From Candidatus Curtissbacteria bacterium RIFCSPHIGHO2_12_FULL_41_17 (lineage in GTDB: Bacteria > Patescibacteriota > Microgenomatia > Curtissbacterales > GWA2-41-24), in NCBI GenBank assembly GCA_001774945.1, contig MFBL01000008.1, forward strand, positions 9,310 through 52,073: a DNA stretch of 42,764 bases, read 5' to 3'. Shown piece after piece: positions 8,689-19,101 of this stretch. A program made the position numbers and the translations under genes. Within the stretch, counting starts at the first letter, position 1. Each line of letters opens with the position of its first letter. Under the pieces are notes generated by a model, which ran no database searches, had not been told where the DNA came from, and saw nothing but the letters and a program-made list of their open reading frames with translations.

Positions 8689-8765
8689 CGATATTTATAC
8701 AACTAAAATAAAAGTCTGTCAACCCCCCAAATTAAGGCTGAGATGATATACTGAAACAAAATTGA

Positions 8766-10049
8766 ATGAAAGTCGTTGAAGGGAAAAAGGTTTATACGGT
8801 ATTAGAAGTTAATTATTTTGCAAAAATGACTTTGGAGGAAATGGCTTTCTGGGTTGAGGGGGAAATTACAAGCGCACGACAAAATTCTTCTTACAATTTT
8901 TTCTACTTAACCTTAAAAGACGAAAACGCAATTCTTCCGGCTATTGCAGATGCCCAAGTTCTAAATCAATTACCAGAACCGTTTGTTGGCCAAAAAGTTC
9001 TTGCTTTTGGACACCTTAGTCTTTATGAGCCAAGAGCTCAGTATCAACTTCGTATTTCGCAACTTGAAGTTTACGGTGAAGGCCTTTTGCAAAAACAACT
9101 CGATCAACTAATTTCAAAGCTAAGAGCAGAGGGGTTGTTTGATTCTCGATATAAAAAACCCATACCTCCCTATCCCAAAAAAATTTGTGTTGTAACTTCA
9201 TATGGCTCGGATGCGTGGAATGATTTCAAAACCCACACGACTGATAAATTTCCTATTATTGAATTTTTTACGGCAGATGTTCGGGTTCAGGGGTCTGAAG
9301 CAGCACCACAACTTTTAAGACTTTTGCCCAAAGTAGATAAAAAGGGCTTTGATGTAATTATTATTACGCGAGGTGGTGGATCCATTGAAGATCTTGCTGC
9401 CTTCAATGATGAAACGGTCGCCAGATGTATTTTTAAAATGAAAACACCCATAATTGTTGCGATCGGCCATGAAGCAAACGAGTCGCTTGCAGAATGGGTT
9501 GCCGATAAACGTGCATCTACCCCGACGGATGCTGCCCACATCGTAACAAGTGCTTATGGCAAAATTTTCGAAGTACTTGAAAAATATGAGCTAAAACTAA
9601 ATAGCAAAAGTGACACTTATTTTACCCGAAACTTGCAAAGGCTTGATTACCTTTACATTAAACTTGAGCAGGTGAAGCTAAGTTTTAAGGATCTGCCAGC
9701 AAGATTATCTACCATAAAGGAATCTCTCAGGCGCCATGAAAGGTATTTGATCGCTGATGCACAAGCAAGAGTTAAAGAACTTTTTGAAAGTCTTGAAAGA
9801 AAAATAAAAGTTACAATTGACAGTCAACAAAAAGGGCTAATAGTGCTAAATAAATCACTGACTATTCTTTCACCTAAAAATACTCTTGGCCGGGGATATT
9901 CCATTACATTCGACACTCAAGGTAAAATTATTAGAAATATTGATTCTGTTGTTGTTGGCCAAATGGTTGGAGTAAAATTAACAGACGGACTAATTAAATC
10001 AAAAGTTATTTTTAAAATTAAAAATGAGCAAAAATTCGAAAGACCTTAA
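8766..10049 (+). CDS. xseA: Exodeoxyribonuclease VII large subunit
   Basis: WVEGEI, YFYLTLKD-like OB fold, IITRGGGSIEDL, AIGHE and TPTDAA motifs. Confidence 0.95.
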   Translation: MKVVEGKKVYTVLEVNYFAKMTLEEMAFWVEGEITSARQNSSYNFFYLTLKDENAILPAIADAQVLNQLPEPFVGQKVLAFGHLSLYEPRAQYQLRISQLEVYGEGLLQKQLDQLISKLRAEGLFDSRYKKPIPPYPKKICVVTSYGSDAWNDFKTHTTDKFPIIEFFTADVRVQGSEAAPQLLRLLPKVDKKGFDVIIITRGGGSIEDLAAFNDETVARCIFKMKTPIIVAIGHEANESLAEWVADKRASTPTDAAHIVTSAYGKIFEVLEKYELKLNSKSDTYFTRNLQRLDYLYIKLEQVKLSFKDLPARLSTIKESLRRHERYLIADAQARVKELFESLERKIKVTIDSQQKGLIVLNKSLTILSPKNTLGRGYSITFDTQGKIIRNIDSVVVGQMVGVKLTDGLIKSKVIFKIKNEQKFERP

Positions 10050-10248
10050 TTTCACAAAAGCCCTAAAACGGCTTGAGGAAATTGTCGAAACCTTAGAAGA
10101 CCCCAACATGGACTTGGAAGAAGGATTAAAACTTTTGGAAGAAGGGGTTAAACTGCATAAGTTTTGCAAGAGTAAATTGACTGAGGCTAATATAAAGATA
10201 AGCAGCATTTTAAAAGATGGAGATTTTTCCAAAAAGGGGGTGAACTAA
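10024..10248 (+). CDS. xseB: Exodeoxyribonuclease VII small subunit
   Basis: FTKALKRLEEIVETLE...LEEGLKLLEEG; overlaps xseA. Confidence 0.93.
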   Translation: MSKNSKDLNFTKALKRLEEIVETLEDPNMDLEEGLKLLEEGVKLHKFCKSKLTEANIKISSILKDGDFSKKGVN

Positions 10249-10249
10249 C

Positions 10250-10507
10250 ATTAAAGACAAAAAAATTGGAGTGGTAACTCACTTTTATGACAAAATCGGT
10301 GTTGCCGTAGTTAAATTGAAAAACGCTGACCTTAAAGTGGGCGACAAAATTAAGCTTGTAAGCTCAGACGGATCAGAGTTTACTCAGAAGGTTGAGTCTA
10401 TGCAAATCGAGCATGCCGAAATTGAAATTGCCAAATCTGGCGACGAGTTCGGCCTTAAAGTAGATAAGAGCGTCAAGCCAAAAACAGAAATATTCAAAAT
10501 TTCATGA
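10250..10507 (+). CDS. Small beta-barrel protein (EF-Tu domain II / peptidase U32 C-terminal-like), probable ATT start
   Basis: KKIGVVTHFYDKIGVAVV...LKVGDKI...VESMQI pattern. GGGGGTGA SD lies 6 nt before the in-frame ATT 10250; the ORF track starts at GTG 10271. Confidence 0.7.
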   Translation: MKDKKIGVVTHFYDKIGVAVVKLKNADLKVGDKIKLVSSDGSEFTQKVESMQIEHAEIEIAKSGDEFGLKVDKSVKPKTEIFKIS

Positions 10508-11196
10508 TCTATATACTTCACGGGGAAGATACGCTCGCCTCATATAACTATCTTGTTAAAAGAGTAGAAAAATACCAAAACGATTACAAAATTAAATTGG
10601 CCGATAAAAATACAACGGCAGATTTTAATGTAGCTGTTGGCAATCTCGATATATTTGCAAAACAAAAAATATTAGTCTGTGAAAATTTTATATCCGCAAA
10701 CAAGGTAAAGACCAAAGATCTTCAAAATATTCCAGCAAATCTTCTGGTAATTTTTTGGGAACAGACCCAGCTTGCATCTTCAAAAATTAGTTCATTTAAA
10801 AAATTTGCCCAAATAGAAAACTTCAAGCCCAGATCATATTTATATTCCTTCCTGGATTCTCTTTCACCCAACCCTACAAGGGCCCTGAAATACTTTTTTA
10901 GTATGGAGGAATCTTCAAGTGGCGGTATTCTGTGGCACCTGGCAAACAGAACATTACTTATGATACTGGCAAAAAAAAATTTATCGCAAGATATAATCCA
11001 AACTCTAATTGGCAGAAGACTTGAAAAATGGCAGTGGGATAAAGTCAGGCAGCAAGCAAACCAATTTACTGATAACAACCTGATACCCTTATATAACGGA
11101 ATAATTAAATTGGATTTTATAATTAAATCGGGTCAAACTGCTTTTAAAGAAAAAGAATTAATCCCTATTCTGCTTTTAAAATATTTGAGGGGTTAA
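10504..11196 (+). CDS. holA: DNA polymerase III delta subunit-like (short form)
   Basis: MIYILHGED N-terminus and a C-terminal KLDFIIKSG collar motif. Confidence 0.7.
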   Translation: MIYILHGEDTLASYNYLVKRVEKYQNDYKIKLADKNTTADFNVAVGNLDIFAKQKILVCENFISANKVKTKDLQNIPANLLVIFWEQTQLASSKISSFKKFAQIENFKPRSYLYSFLDSLSPNPTRALKYFFSMEESSSGGILWHLANRTLLMILAKKNLSQDIIQTLIGRRLEKWQWDKVRQQANQFTDNNLIPLYNGIIKLDFIIKSGQTAFKEKELIPILLLKYLRG

Positions 11197-11260
11197 AATG
11201 ATACAATTAAATTACAATCCTGCCCAAACAGCTAGAATTGGCAGGTAAATATGAATTTCT

Positions 11261-13531
11261 ATGCAGGATATAGTATTGTTTTCAGACGTAGACAAAAATG
11301 ACTTAAATCTTGTCGGCGGCAAAGGAGCTAATCTTGGAGAACTCTATCGACATAAAATTCCCGTTCCTGATGGATTTATAGTTACTTCCCAAGTTTATTT
11401 TAATTTTTTAAAAAGTTCTGGTGCGCTTGACAGAATCAGGGGAATTCTTTATGGGCTTGACGTTAATGACCCAATTTCACTTGAGGCAAAAGCAAATGCC
11501 TGCAAAAATGAAATTAAAAAAATTCATCTTAGCAAGAAGCTAGTCAAAAATATTGTCAGACATTACCAAGATCTGGTAGCAAAGGGCAATTTCGATGTTG
11601 CTGTCAGATCTTCTGCCACTGCCGAAGATTTACCTGGGGCATCTTTTGCTGGACAGCAGTCTACATTTTTAAATATAAGGGGAGAAAAAAATTTAATCAA
11701 AGCGATATTAGATGCCTGGGCTTCGTTATTTGAAGCAAGGGCGATTTTTTACAGAAGCCAACAAAATTTTGACCATTTTAAAGTTGGAATTGCTATCCCC
11801 GTTCAACAAATGGTTCAGTCCGAGGTTTCCGGAGTTATGTTCACCATTGATCCGGTAACCCAAGATAAGGGAAAGATCGTAATTGAAGCAGTTTTCGGTC
11901 TTGGGGAAATGATAGTTAGCGGCCAAATAACACCGGATCATTATGAAGTAGATAAAAAAAAGTTCACAATTTTAATCAGAAATATTTCACTACAAAACGA
12001 ACAATTAGTCAGGGCAAAAAATGGCAATAAACTCATTAAAATCGCCAAACCATACAGAGAAAGTCAAAAAATTGCTGATGAAGTAATCATAAAGCTTGCC
12101 AAACTTGGCGCAAAAATAGAGGATCACTATTATTTCCCGCAAGACATTGAATGGGCCTTTCAAAATGGCAAGATATATATTGTTCAGACTAGGCCTGTTA
12201 CCGCTTTAAAAAAAGCTCCGGTAGAAAGTACTGCCGATTTTAAGGAAGCAAATTTAAAACCTATTCTATCGGGTGCGCCGGCTTCGCCGGTTATCGCTTG
12301 GGGCAAAGTGGTTATAGTTAAAACTCCCAAAGAATTATTTAAAGTACAAAAAGGGGATGTCTTGGTAACACCAATGACAAATCCCGATTATGTGACTGCA
12401 ATGAGAAGGGCAGTTGCCATAATAACTGATCGAGGCGGTCGAACCTCCCACGCGGCAATTGTTTCAAGAGAATTGGGAATTGCCTGTGTTGTTGGTACCG
12501 GCAATGCGACCAAAAAACTTCAAAATGGCATGCTTGTTACAGTTGATGGCTCAAAAGGATTGATTTTTAAAGGACAGATATTATCTACCCATAAGAAACT
12601 TGAGCGGGCCGCAGCAATTAATAAAAGGGAGTATCTCAAGACTGCAACTAAATTATATGTAAATTTAGCAGAACCCGAACTTGCTGCAGAGACAGCCTCA
12701 AAAAATATCGATGGTGTTGGACTATTGCGCGCAGAATTTATGCTGGCTGAAATTGGAACTCACCCAAAACAATTTATTTTCGAAAAGCGTCAGGATGATT
12801 TTATCGAAAGACTTACACACAACCTTTGTATTTTTGGCAAAGCTTTTGGCAGACGGCCGGTAATTTACAGAGCAAGTGATTTAAAATCCAATGAGTACAG
12901 AAATTTAAAAGGCGGAGACAAATTCGAACCATTAGAATCAAATCCTATGCTGGGCTATCGAGGTGCATTTCGTTATATAAAAGATCCTGATGTTTTTAAA
13001 TTGGAACTTGCTGCTATTAAATCAGCCAGGATTAAATATCCAAACATTCATTTAATGATACCGTATGTCCGAAACGTCAATGAACTTAGAATAGTCAGAG
13101 AAGTTGTTGATCAGGTAGGCTTGTTTAAAGATAAAGCATTTAAATTCTGGATGATGGTAGAAATTCCGTCGAATGTTATTTTACTCGAGGACTTTATTAA
13201 CGCGGGGATTGACGGAATATCGATAGGGTCCAACGATTTAACGATGCTTCTTCTGGGAACCGATCGGGATAACCAGGAAGTTGCTCAGGAGTTCAGCGAG
13301 CTTGACCCCGCAGTGTTGTGGGCTTTGGAAAAAACGATTAAAACAGCCGGCAAAAATCACATATCTTGCTCCATTTGCGGACAAGGACCTTCAATATATC
13401 CAGATTTAACTCAAAAATTAGTTTCATGGGGCATCACATCGATTTCAGTTAATCCTGATGCAATAGACACAACCCGTCAGCTAATTTATGAAGCGGAGAA
13501 AAAAATAGTTAATAATAAATGGCAAAAATAA
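11261..13531 (+). CDS. ppsA: Phosphoenolpyruvate synthase
   Basis: VGGKGANLGE, AVRSSATAED, QDIEWA, GGRTSHAAIVSRE (phospho-His), GVGLLRAEF and SIGSNDL motifs. Confidence 0.96.
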   Translation: MQDIVLFSDVDKNDLNLVGGKGANLGELYRHKIPVPDGFIVTSQVYFNFLKSSGALDRIRGILYGLDVNDPISLEAKANACKNEIKKIHLSKKLVKNIVRHYQDLVAKGNFDVAVRSSATAEDLPGASFAGQQSTFLNIRGEKNLIKAILDAWASLFEARAIFYRSQQNFDHFKVGIAIPVQQMVQSEVSGVMFTIDPVTQDKGKIVIEAVFGLGEMIVSGQITPDHYEVDKKKFTILIRNISLQNEQLVRAKNGNKLIKIAKPYRESQKIADEVIIKLAKLGAKIEDHYYFPQDIEWAFQNGKIYIVQTRPVTALKKAPVESTADFKEANLKPILSGAPASPVIAWGKVVIVKTPKELFKVQKGDVLVTPMTNPDYVTAMRRAVAIITDRGGRTSHAAIVSRELGIACVVGTGNATKKLQNGMLVTVDGSKGLIFKGQILSTHKKLERAAAINKREYLKTATKLYVNLAEPELAAETASKNIDGVGLLRAEFMLAEIGTHPKQFIFEKRQDDFIERLTHNLCIFGKAFGRRPVIYRASDLKSNEYRNLKGGDKFEPLESNPMLGYRGAFRYIKDPDVFKLELAAIKSARIKYPNIHLMIPYVRNVNELRIVREVVDQVGLFKDKAFKFWMMVEIPSNVILLEDFINAGIDGISIGSNDLTMLLLGTDRDNQEVAQEFSELDPAVLWALEKTIKTAGKNHISCSICGQGPSIYPDLTQKLVSWGITSISVNPDAIDTTRQLIYEAEKKIVNNKWQK

Positions 13532-14772
13532 AAAAAATTGTCGCCCGCGAAATCCTTGATAGCCGTGGTTATCCAACAATTGAAACGATTGTTCAACTGG
13601 ATGATTCTTCAGTCGGAGTTTTTTCTGTTCCTTCCGGTTCTTCAGTCGGCAAGCACGAAGCTGTGGAGCTGCGAGATGAAGACGCCAAGCGCTATGCCGG
13701 CAGGGGGATGCTTAAAAATCTTCAAAAAATCGTTGAAGTCATTGCACCGAAACTAATTGGTCTAAACGCATATAATCAGAAGTTAATTGATTCAACTCTA
13801 ATTACTCTGGATGGGAGTGATAACAAATCCAATCTTGGGGCAAATACTATACTTTCACTTTCCGGAGCAGTTGCCAAAGCAAGCGCGGTTTCCCAGAAAA
13901 TGTCTTTATATCAATATATTGCCGGACTTATCCAAGCAAGCATTAAAGAATTTACTATTCCCACCCCGATGTTCAATATTTTAAACGGAGGAATGCATGG
14001 CGGTGGAAATCTGGATTTTCAGGAATTTATGGTAGTACCTCCAAAGTCCAATTCGTACTCGACTAATCTGAAAATGGGAGTTGAGTTATATTATTCACTC
14101 AAAAATGTATTAATATCGCACAGTAGCACATTCCTTGTCGGAGATGAGGGTGGTTATGCCCCTACTTTATATTCAAATTTAGATGCATTTAAACTTCTGG
14201 AAGAAGCAGCATTAAACGCTCATTACAATATCGGACTTGATGTTTTCTTTAGTCTTGACGCGGCCGCGACGCACCTGAAGAAAGGCAGTTCATATAAGAT
14301 AAAGGATAGGCCGGTTGCAATGACTTCTGCAGATTTTGTCGACTTTTACATCTCACTAAACGAACAATATCACCTTCTTTCAATTGAAGACCCGCTTTCG
14401 GAAGATGAATGGGATAACTGGAGAGATTTAACCGAAAAATTAGGAGGAGAAACTCTTGTAGTCGGTGATGATTTAATATGTACCAGTTTAACAAGGCTTA
14501 ACAAAGCAATTTCCGAAAAGGCCTGCAATGCAACTATTATAAAACCTAATCAGGCGGGAACAATTTCTGAAACGCTCGACGTCATAAAAACCGCAAGATC
14601 CGCAAATTTTAAATTAATTGTTTCTCATAGATCGGGAGAGACAAATGACGATTTTATTACCGATTTTGCTGTAGGTGTTGGAGCAGACTATGTTAAATTC
14701 GGAGCTCCAGCAAGAGGTGAAAGAGTTGCCAAATACAATCGCCTTTTGGAAATTGAACATGATTTGTCTTAA
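13519..14772 (+). CDS. eno: Enolase
   Basis: REILDSRG, GDEGG, VGDDL, SHRSGET and ERVAKYNRLLEIE motifs. Confidence 0.97.
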   Translation: MAKIKKIVAREILDSRGYPTIETIVQLDDSSVGVFSVPSGSSVGKHEAVELRDEDAKRYAGRGMLKNLQKIVEVIAPKLIGLNAYNQKLIDSTLITLDGSDNKSNLGANTILSLSGAVAKASAVSQKMSLYQYIAGLIQASIKEFTIPTPMFNILNGGMHGGGNLDFQEFMVVPPKSNSYSTNLKMGVELYYSLKNVLISHSSTFLVGDEGGYAPTLYSNLDAFKLLEEAALNAHYNIGLDVFFSLDAAATHLKKGSSYKIKDRPVAMTSADFVDFYISLNEQYHLLSIEDPLSEDEWDNWRDLTEKLGGETLVVGDDLICTSLTRLNKAISEKACNATIIKPNQAGTISETLDVIKTARSANFKLIVSHRSGETNDDFITDFAVGVGADYVKFGAPARGERVAKYNRLLEIEHDLS

Positions 14773-16371
14773 ATGCCAAAAGTCGCAAGAAAGCCAAAAC
14801 CTTTAATTCTTTGTATTTTAGACGGATGGGGTATTGCTCAAGATAGTCCCGGCAACGCAATAACACGAGCAATCAGCACAAATTTTAACGAGCTCTGGTT
14901 TTCTTTTCCCCATACGTTTTTATCAACCGCTGGCCAGTCAGTGGGGCTTCCTGAAGGGCAGGTAGGCAATAGTGAAGTCGGCCACCTCAACTTGGGAACT
15001 GGACGTATAGTATTTCAGGAGTTACTAAGAATAAATATGTCTATCGCCGATGGCAGTTTTTACGAAAATGAAGCATTTTTAAAGGCGGTTAACCACGTTC
15101 GATCTTTCGGCTCCAATATCCACTTGTTAGGTTTGGTTGGATTTGGATCTGTTCACAGTGAAGTAGAACATCTTTATGCCCTTTTAGGGTTATTGAAAAA
15201 GGAAAGCATACCTTCATCACGCGTAAAAATCCATGTCTTTACAGACGGCAGAGATAGTCCGCCGACTTCAGCAAAAATTTACATGTCCACGCTTGCAGAA
15301 AAGCTAGAACGAGATGATTTGGGACAAATATCAACTATTAGCGGTCGCTATTTTGCTATGGATCGGGATAACCGCTGGGATAGAACTTTAAAAGCGTACC
15401 ATGCTCTTCTTGGCTATTCCCAAAGACATGATACGAGCGCAGTCTCATCTATTGAAAAATCATATATAGAGGGCAAAACAGATGAATATCTAGAACCAAC
15501 CGTAATTGTAGATTCGTCAGGTACGCCGCTTGGAGCAGTTTCTGCGAACGATGCAATCATTTTTTTTAATTATCGTCCGGATAGGGCAAGGCAATTGGTA
15601 AAAGCTTTTGTTCTTAAAGACCTGACTTCCCAAAAAACAGCAAGCGGCGAAAATATCAAAATCACAAAAAGAGAAAAACCGCCAGAGAATTTATCTTTTG
15701 TGACAATGACCAGTTATGAGAAAAATTTACCGGTAAGCGCGGTTGCCTTTGAACGAGAAGCTGTAAAGATGCCGCTGGCTCGAGTGCTCGCAGAAAGAAA
15801 CAATAGACAGCTGCACATTGCGGAAACGGAGAAATACGCTCACGTTACCTACTTTTTTAACGGCGGCAGAGAGTCACCTTTTTCCGGAGAAGATAGAATT
15901 TTAGTTGATTCTCCAAAAGTCGCATCTTATGACGAAATGCCTCAAATGTCGGCCGCAGAAATTACCAAAAGACTTATTAGTAAAATTAACTCCCGAGTTT
16001 ATGATTTTATTGTCGTCAATTTTGCAAATGCCGATATGGTTGCCCATACGGGTAATCTTGCGGCAACAATTCAAGCTGTAAATACGGTTGATTATTATCT
16101 TGGAATTGTTGCTAAGAATGTTCTTTCAGTCGGTGGCGGAATGATAATCACAGCAGATCATGGTAATGCCGAGGAATTAATTAATCTTAGAACTGGTCAA
16201 GTGGATACGGAGCATAATCTTAATCCCGCACCGTGCGTTTTTGTAATAAATGAGTTAAAGGGGTTAAATGTACAATTACCTCAAGGGCTTTTAGCCGATG
16301 TTGCCCCCAGTGTTTTAGCAATTTTGAAAATCCCTAAACCTTCTCAAATGACTGGCTCGAGCCTTCTTTAA
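14773..16371 (+). CDS. gpmI: 2,3-bisphosphoglycerate-independent phosphoglycerate mutase
   Basis: LCILDGWG, GNSEVGH, FTDGRD, AETEKYAHVT and TADHGNAE motifs. Confidence 0.96.
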   Translation: MPKVARKPKPLILCILDGWGIAQDSPGNAITRAISTNFNELWFSFPHTFLSTAGQSVGLPEGQVGNSEVGHLNLGTGRIVFQELLRINMSIADGSFYENEAFLKAVNHVRSFGSNIHLLGLVGFGSVHSEVEHLYALLGLLKKESIPSSRVKIHVFTDGRDSPPTSAKIYMSTLAEKLERDDLGQISTISGRYFAMDRDNRWDRTLKAYHALLGYSQRHDTSAVSSIEKSYIEGKTDEYLEPTVIVDSSGTPLGAVSANDAIIFFNYRPDRARQLVKAFVLKDLTSQKTASGENIKITKREKPPENLSFVTMTSYEKNLPVSAVAFEREAVKMPLARVLAERNNRQLHIAETEKYAHVTYFFNGGRESPFSGEDRILVDSPKVASYDEMPQMSAAEITKRLISKINSRVYDFIVVNFANADMVAHTGNLAATIQAVNTVDYYLGIVAKNVLSVGGGMIITADHGNAEELINLRTGQVDTEHNLNPAPCVFVINELKGLNVQLPQGLLADVAPSVLAILKIPKPSQMTGSSLL

Positions 16372-16376
16372 GACTA

Positions 16377-17063
16377 CTAAAACAGAATTGTTAATTCTCC
16401 CCTAACTGGTTTATTTTCTAATAAGATGATAACTTTCATGATACTGCCCCTTATAACTTCTTCATGCAGTTTAGTCAGCTCTTTGGCAATTACTATGTGG
16501 ATGTTTCCAAATATATCCTTAATATCTTTCATTGTACGCAAAATTCTATGAGGTGATTCGTAAAGAATAACGTTGGGTCTCAGTTTATTAACTTCCATAC
16601 TCTGTAGTATGGTAAATAAAGACGTAAGAAGTTTGCGGCGCTTTATTTCTTTTTTCGGCAAATAACCCAAAAATAGAAACTTATCGGGAGGCAATCCCGA
16701 TATGGTCAAGGCGGCAATAACCGCACTTGAGCCGGGAATGGACTCGACTCTAATTTGCGCTTTGATCGCTTCGCGCACGAGTTTAAATCCGGGGTCAGAA
16801 ACAAGCGGCGTGCCCGCATCGGAAACTAAAGCAATGCTTTTTCCCACCGTCAGATCTATGATAACTTGGCCAATCCGGCTCTCCTCATTAAAGTCGTTGA
16901 AAGAAACCATTTTCGCATCGATCTCGTAATTTTTTAAAAGTTTGCCAGTAACCCTAGTATCTTCTGCCAGAATGTAATCCACGGATTTTAAGGTTTCAAG
17001 AGACCTAAGAGTGATATCTTTTAAATTACCGATTGGTGTTGATACGATGTATAAGGTACCCAT
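16377..17063 (-). CDS. rsmI: 16S rRNA C1402 2'-O-methyltransferase
   Basis: GTLYIVSTPIGNLKDIT, AEDTRVT, VSDAGTPLVSDPG, YESPHR and KELTKLHEE motifs. Start placed at ATG 17063. Confidence 0.95.
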   Translation of the reverse strand: MGTLYIVSTPIGNLKDITLRSLETLKSVDYILAEDTRVTGKLLKNYEIDAKMVSFNDFNEESRIGQVIIDLTVGKSIALVSDAGTPLVSDPGFKLVREAIKAQIRVESIPGSSAVIAALTISGLPPDKFLFLGYLPKKEIKRRKLLTSLFTILQSMEVNKLRPNVILYESPHRILRTMKDIKDIFGNIHIVIAKELTKLHEEVIRGSIMKVIILLENKPVRGELTILF

Positions 17064-17075
17064 GGCATCTGAATT

Positions 17076-17191
17076 GTCAAATTTCAAATTTCAAATGTCA
17101 AATGCTTGTCTCGCACAAACGCCTCTCCGAGTCGAGGATGTAAACCTCGCGAGAAGGTAAGTTCTGTGCGGGGTCAATTGTAAACATTTGA
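17076..17191. repeat. Four tandem 7-mers plus a long nested hairpin
   Basis: (G/T)TCAAAT x4 at 17076-17103. Stems TCAAATG/CATTTGA, CGCACA/TGTGCG and CGAGG/CCTCG. Confidence 0.7.
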
Positions 17192-17197
17192 TAGGTC

Positions 17198-18478
17198 TTG
17201 TATAAAGATGTAAAGGTGAGAATAAAATTTAAAAAGCTCCTTTCAAAACTCGGGCCCGGAATTATCACCGGCGCTTCTGATGATGACCCTTCCGGAATCG
17301 CAACGTACTCGATTGCAGGAGCATCAGCCGGCTATAGCCTTCTTTGGACACCTTTTTTAACATTCCCTTTAATGGCTGCTATTCAGGAAATGTGTGCCCG
17401 TATAGGTCTGGTGACACAACGGGGACTAGCAGGAAACATCAAAACGCACGTCAGGCCAAAATTAATATTGTATGCATTTGCCATGTTAATAATTGCTGCA
17501 AATACAATCAATATCGGAGCAGACCTGGCCGGTATGGCTGCAGCGGTCAGACTTTTAATTCCGGTAAATAGTGCAATTATTTCTATAGTATTTACGATTT
17601 TAATTATAATTTTGATGGTTGCTTTTCCATATAAATTTATTGCAACGAATCTCAAATGGTTTACTTTTGCGCTATTTGCGTATATTGCATCGGCACTGGT
17701 AACTAAACAGGATTGGCTCCAAATCCTATACAGCACTTTTGTTCCAAATATTGATTTCAACAAGGAAACTATCACTCTAATTGTGGCGATTTTGGGAACC
17801 ACTATTTCGCCGTATTTATTTTTTTGGCAAACATCAGAGGAAGTTGAAGAAGTCAAGGAAAAAGAAAAGAGAACACATCATAAAATAATTGTTACCAAAC
17901 ATGAATTAAAGCAAGCGCAAGAAGACGTTAACTTAGGCATGCTTTTCTCCAATTTGGTAATGTTTGCCATTATTGCCACGACTGCCTCTACACTTTACCG
18001 TTTTGGCATTAATCAGATAACGACAGCGGATCAGGCTGCCAGCGCTCTTGCGCCTATTGCGGGGAATGCCGCTTCTTTACTTTTTACACTAGGAATCGTT
18101 GGTACTGGAATGCTTGCTGTACCTGTTTTGGCTGGGTCAGCAGCTTACGCAGTCTCGGAAATATTTGGCTGGAAAGAAGGCTTAAGTAAATCATTCAGGC
18201 AGGCACGGCCATTTTATTTAATAATTATCGCATCTACCTGTGTGGGGTTTTTGATGACGCTTTTAAATATAAACCCGTTTAAGGCCTTATTTTACACAGC
18301 AGTACTATACGGCTTAATATCCCCAATTTTAATACTTGCAATTCTTTTTATTGCTAACAGCCGAAAAATTATGGGAGTTAATACCAACACACCTGTTACT
18401 AATATTTTGGGAATATTAACCTTAATTATAATGACACTTGCTGCGGTATCCTTTGCAGTGGTATCTCTTAAGAGTTAG
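17198..18478 (+). CDS. NRAMP family divalent metal cation transporter
   Basis: LGPGIITGASDDDPSGIATYS, QEMCARIG and GTTISPYL motifs; multiple TM helices. Confidence 0.9.
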   Translation: MYKDVKVRIKFKKLLSKLGPGIITGASDDDPSGIATYSIAGASAGYSLLWTPFLTFPLMAAIQEMCARIGLVTQRGLAGNIKTHVRPKLILYAFAMLIIAANTINIGADLAGMAAAVRLLIPVNSAIISIVFTILIIILMVAFPYKFIATNLKWFTFALFAYIASALVTKQDWLQILYSTFVPNIDFNKETITLIVAILGTTISPYLFFWQTSEEVEEVKEKEKRTHHKIIVTKHELKQAQEDVNLGMLFSNLVMFAIIATTASTLYRFGINQITTADQAASALAPIAGNAASLLFTLGIVGTGMLAVPVLAGSAAYAVSEIFGWKEGLSKSFRQARPFYLIIIASTCVGFLMTLLNINPFKALFYTAVLYGLISPILILAILFIANSRKIMGVNTNTPVTNILGILTLIIMTLAAVSFAVVSLKS

Positions 18479-19095
18479 TTAAGGTATTTTCTGATTACGC
18501 CCACACACTTTCCCTGTATTACGACATTTTTTGCAAATATAGGCTGCATTGACGAATTTGCCGGCTCTAGGCGAATTCTGTCCTTTTCTTTAAAATAACG
18601 CTTTAGTGTGACCACGCCATTTTCAATCATTGCCACCACAATATCGCCGTCTCTTGCCTGATTTGCTTCCTCAACAATTACAAAATCTCCATCCAAAATA
18701 CCGTCTTCGATCATTGAGTCGCCTCTGACCTGCAAAACATAAGATTTTTTGTTTGCCGAAATCATATTGGAAGTGACCGGAAAGGTCACGTCAGGATCAG
18801 TGTAGGGCTCTATTGGCGAGCCGGCGGCTATATATCCCAAAAGGGGAACTTCTAGACCCTTTACAATTTTGCCGATTTGCGCATCAAGGATTTCGATCCC
18901 CCTAGCTATGCCAGAAGATCTTTTTATCAAACCCTTTTTTTCCAGTGTCTGCAGGTGCTCGTGAACAGTAGCTAAAGATTTGACTTTAAGTTTTTTGGCG
19001 ATTTCAACTAAAGTAGGCGCATTGCCATATTTTTCAATATAATTTCTTATAAAATCCAAAATTTGTTTTTGTCTGCGATAAAGAACAGTTGCCAT
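18475..19095 (-). CDS. lexA: SOS repressor LexA
   Basis: N-terminal wHTH, IAAG autocleavage site, VRGDSM (Ser) and VTLKRY (Lys). Confidence 0.96.
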   Translation of the reverse strand: MATVLYRRQKQILDFIRNYIEKYGNAPTLVEIAKKLKVKSLATVHEHLQTLEKKGLIKRSSGIARGIEILDAQIGKIVKGLEVPLLGYIAAGSPIEPYTDPDVTFPVTSNMISANKKSYVLQVRGDSMIEDGILDGDFVIVEEANQARDGDIVVAMIENGVVTLKRYFKEKDRIRLEPANSSMQPIFAKNVVIQGKCVGVIRKYLN

Positions 19096-19101
19096 ATCCT
19101 A

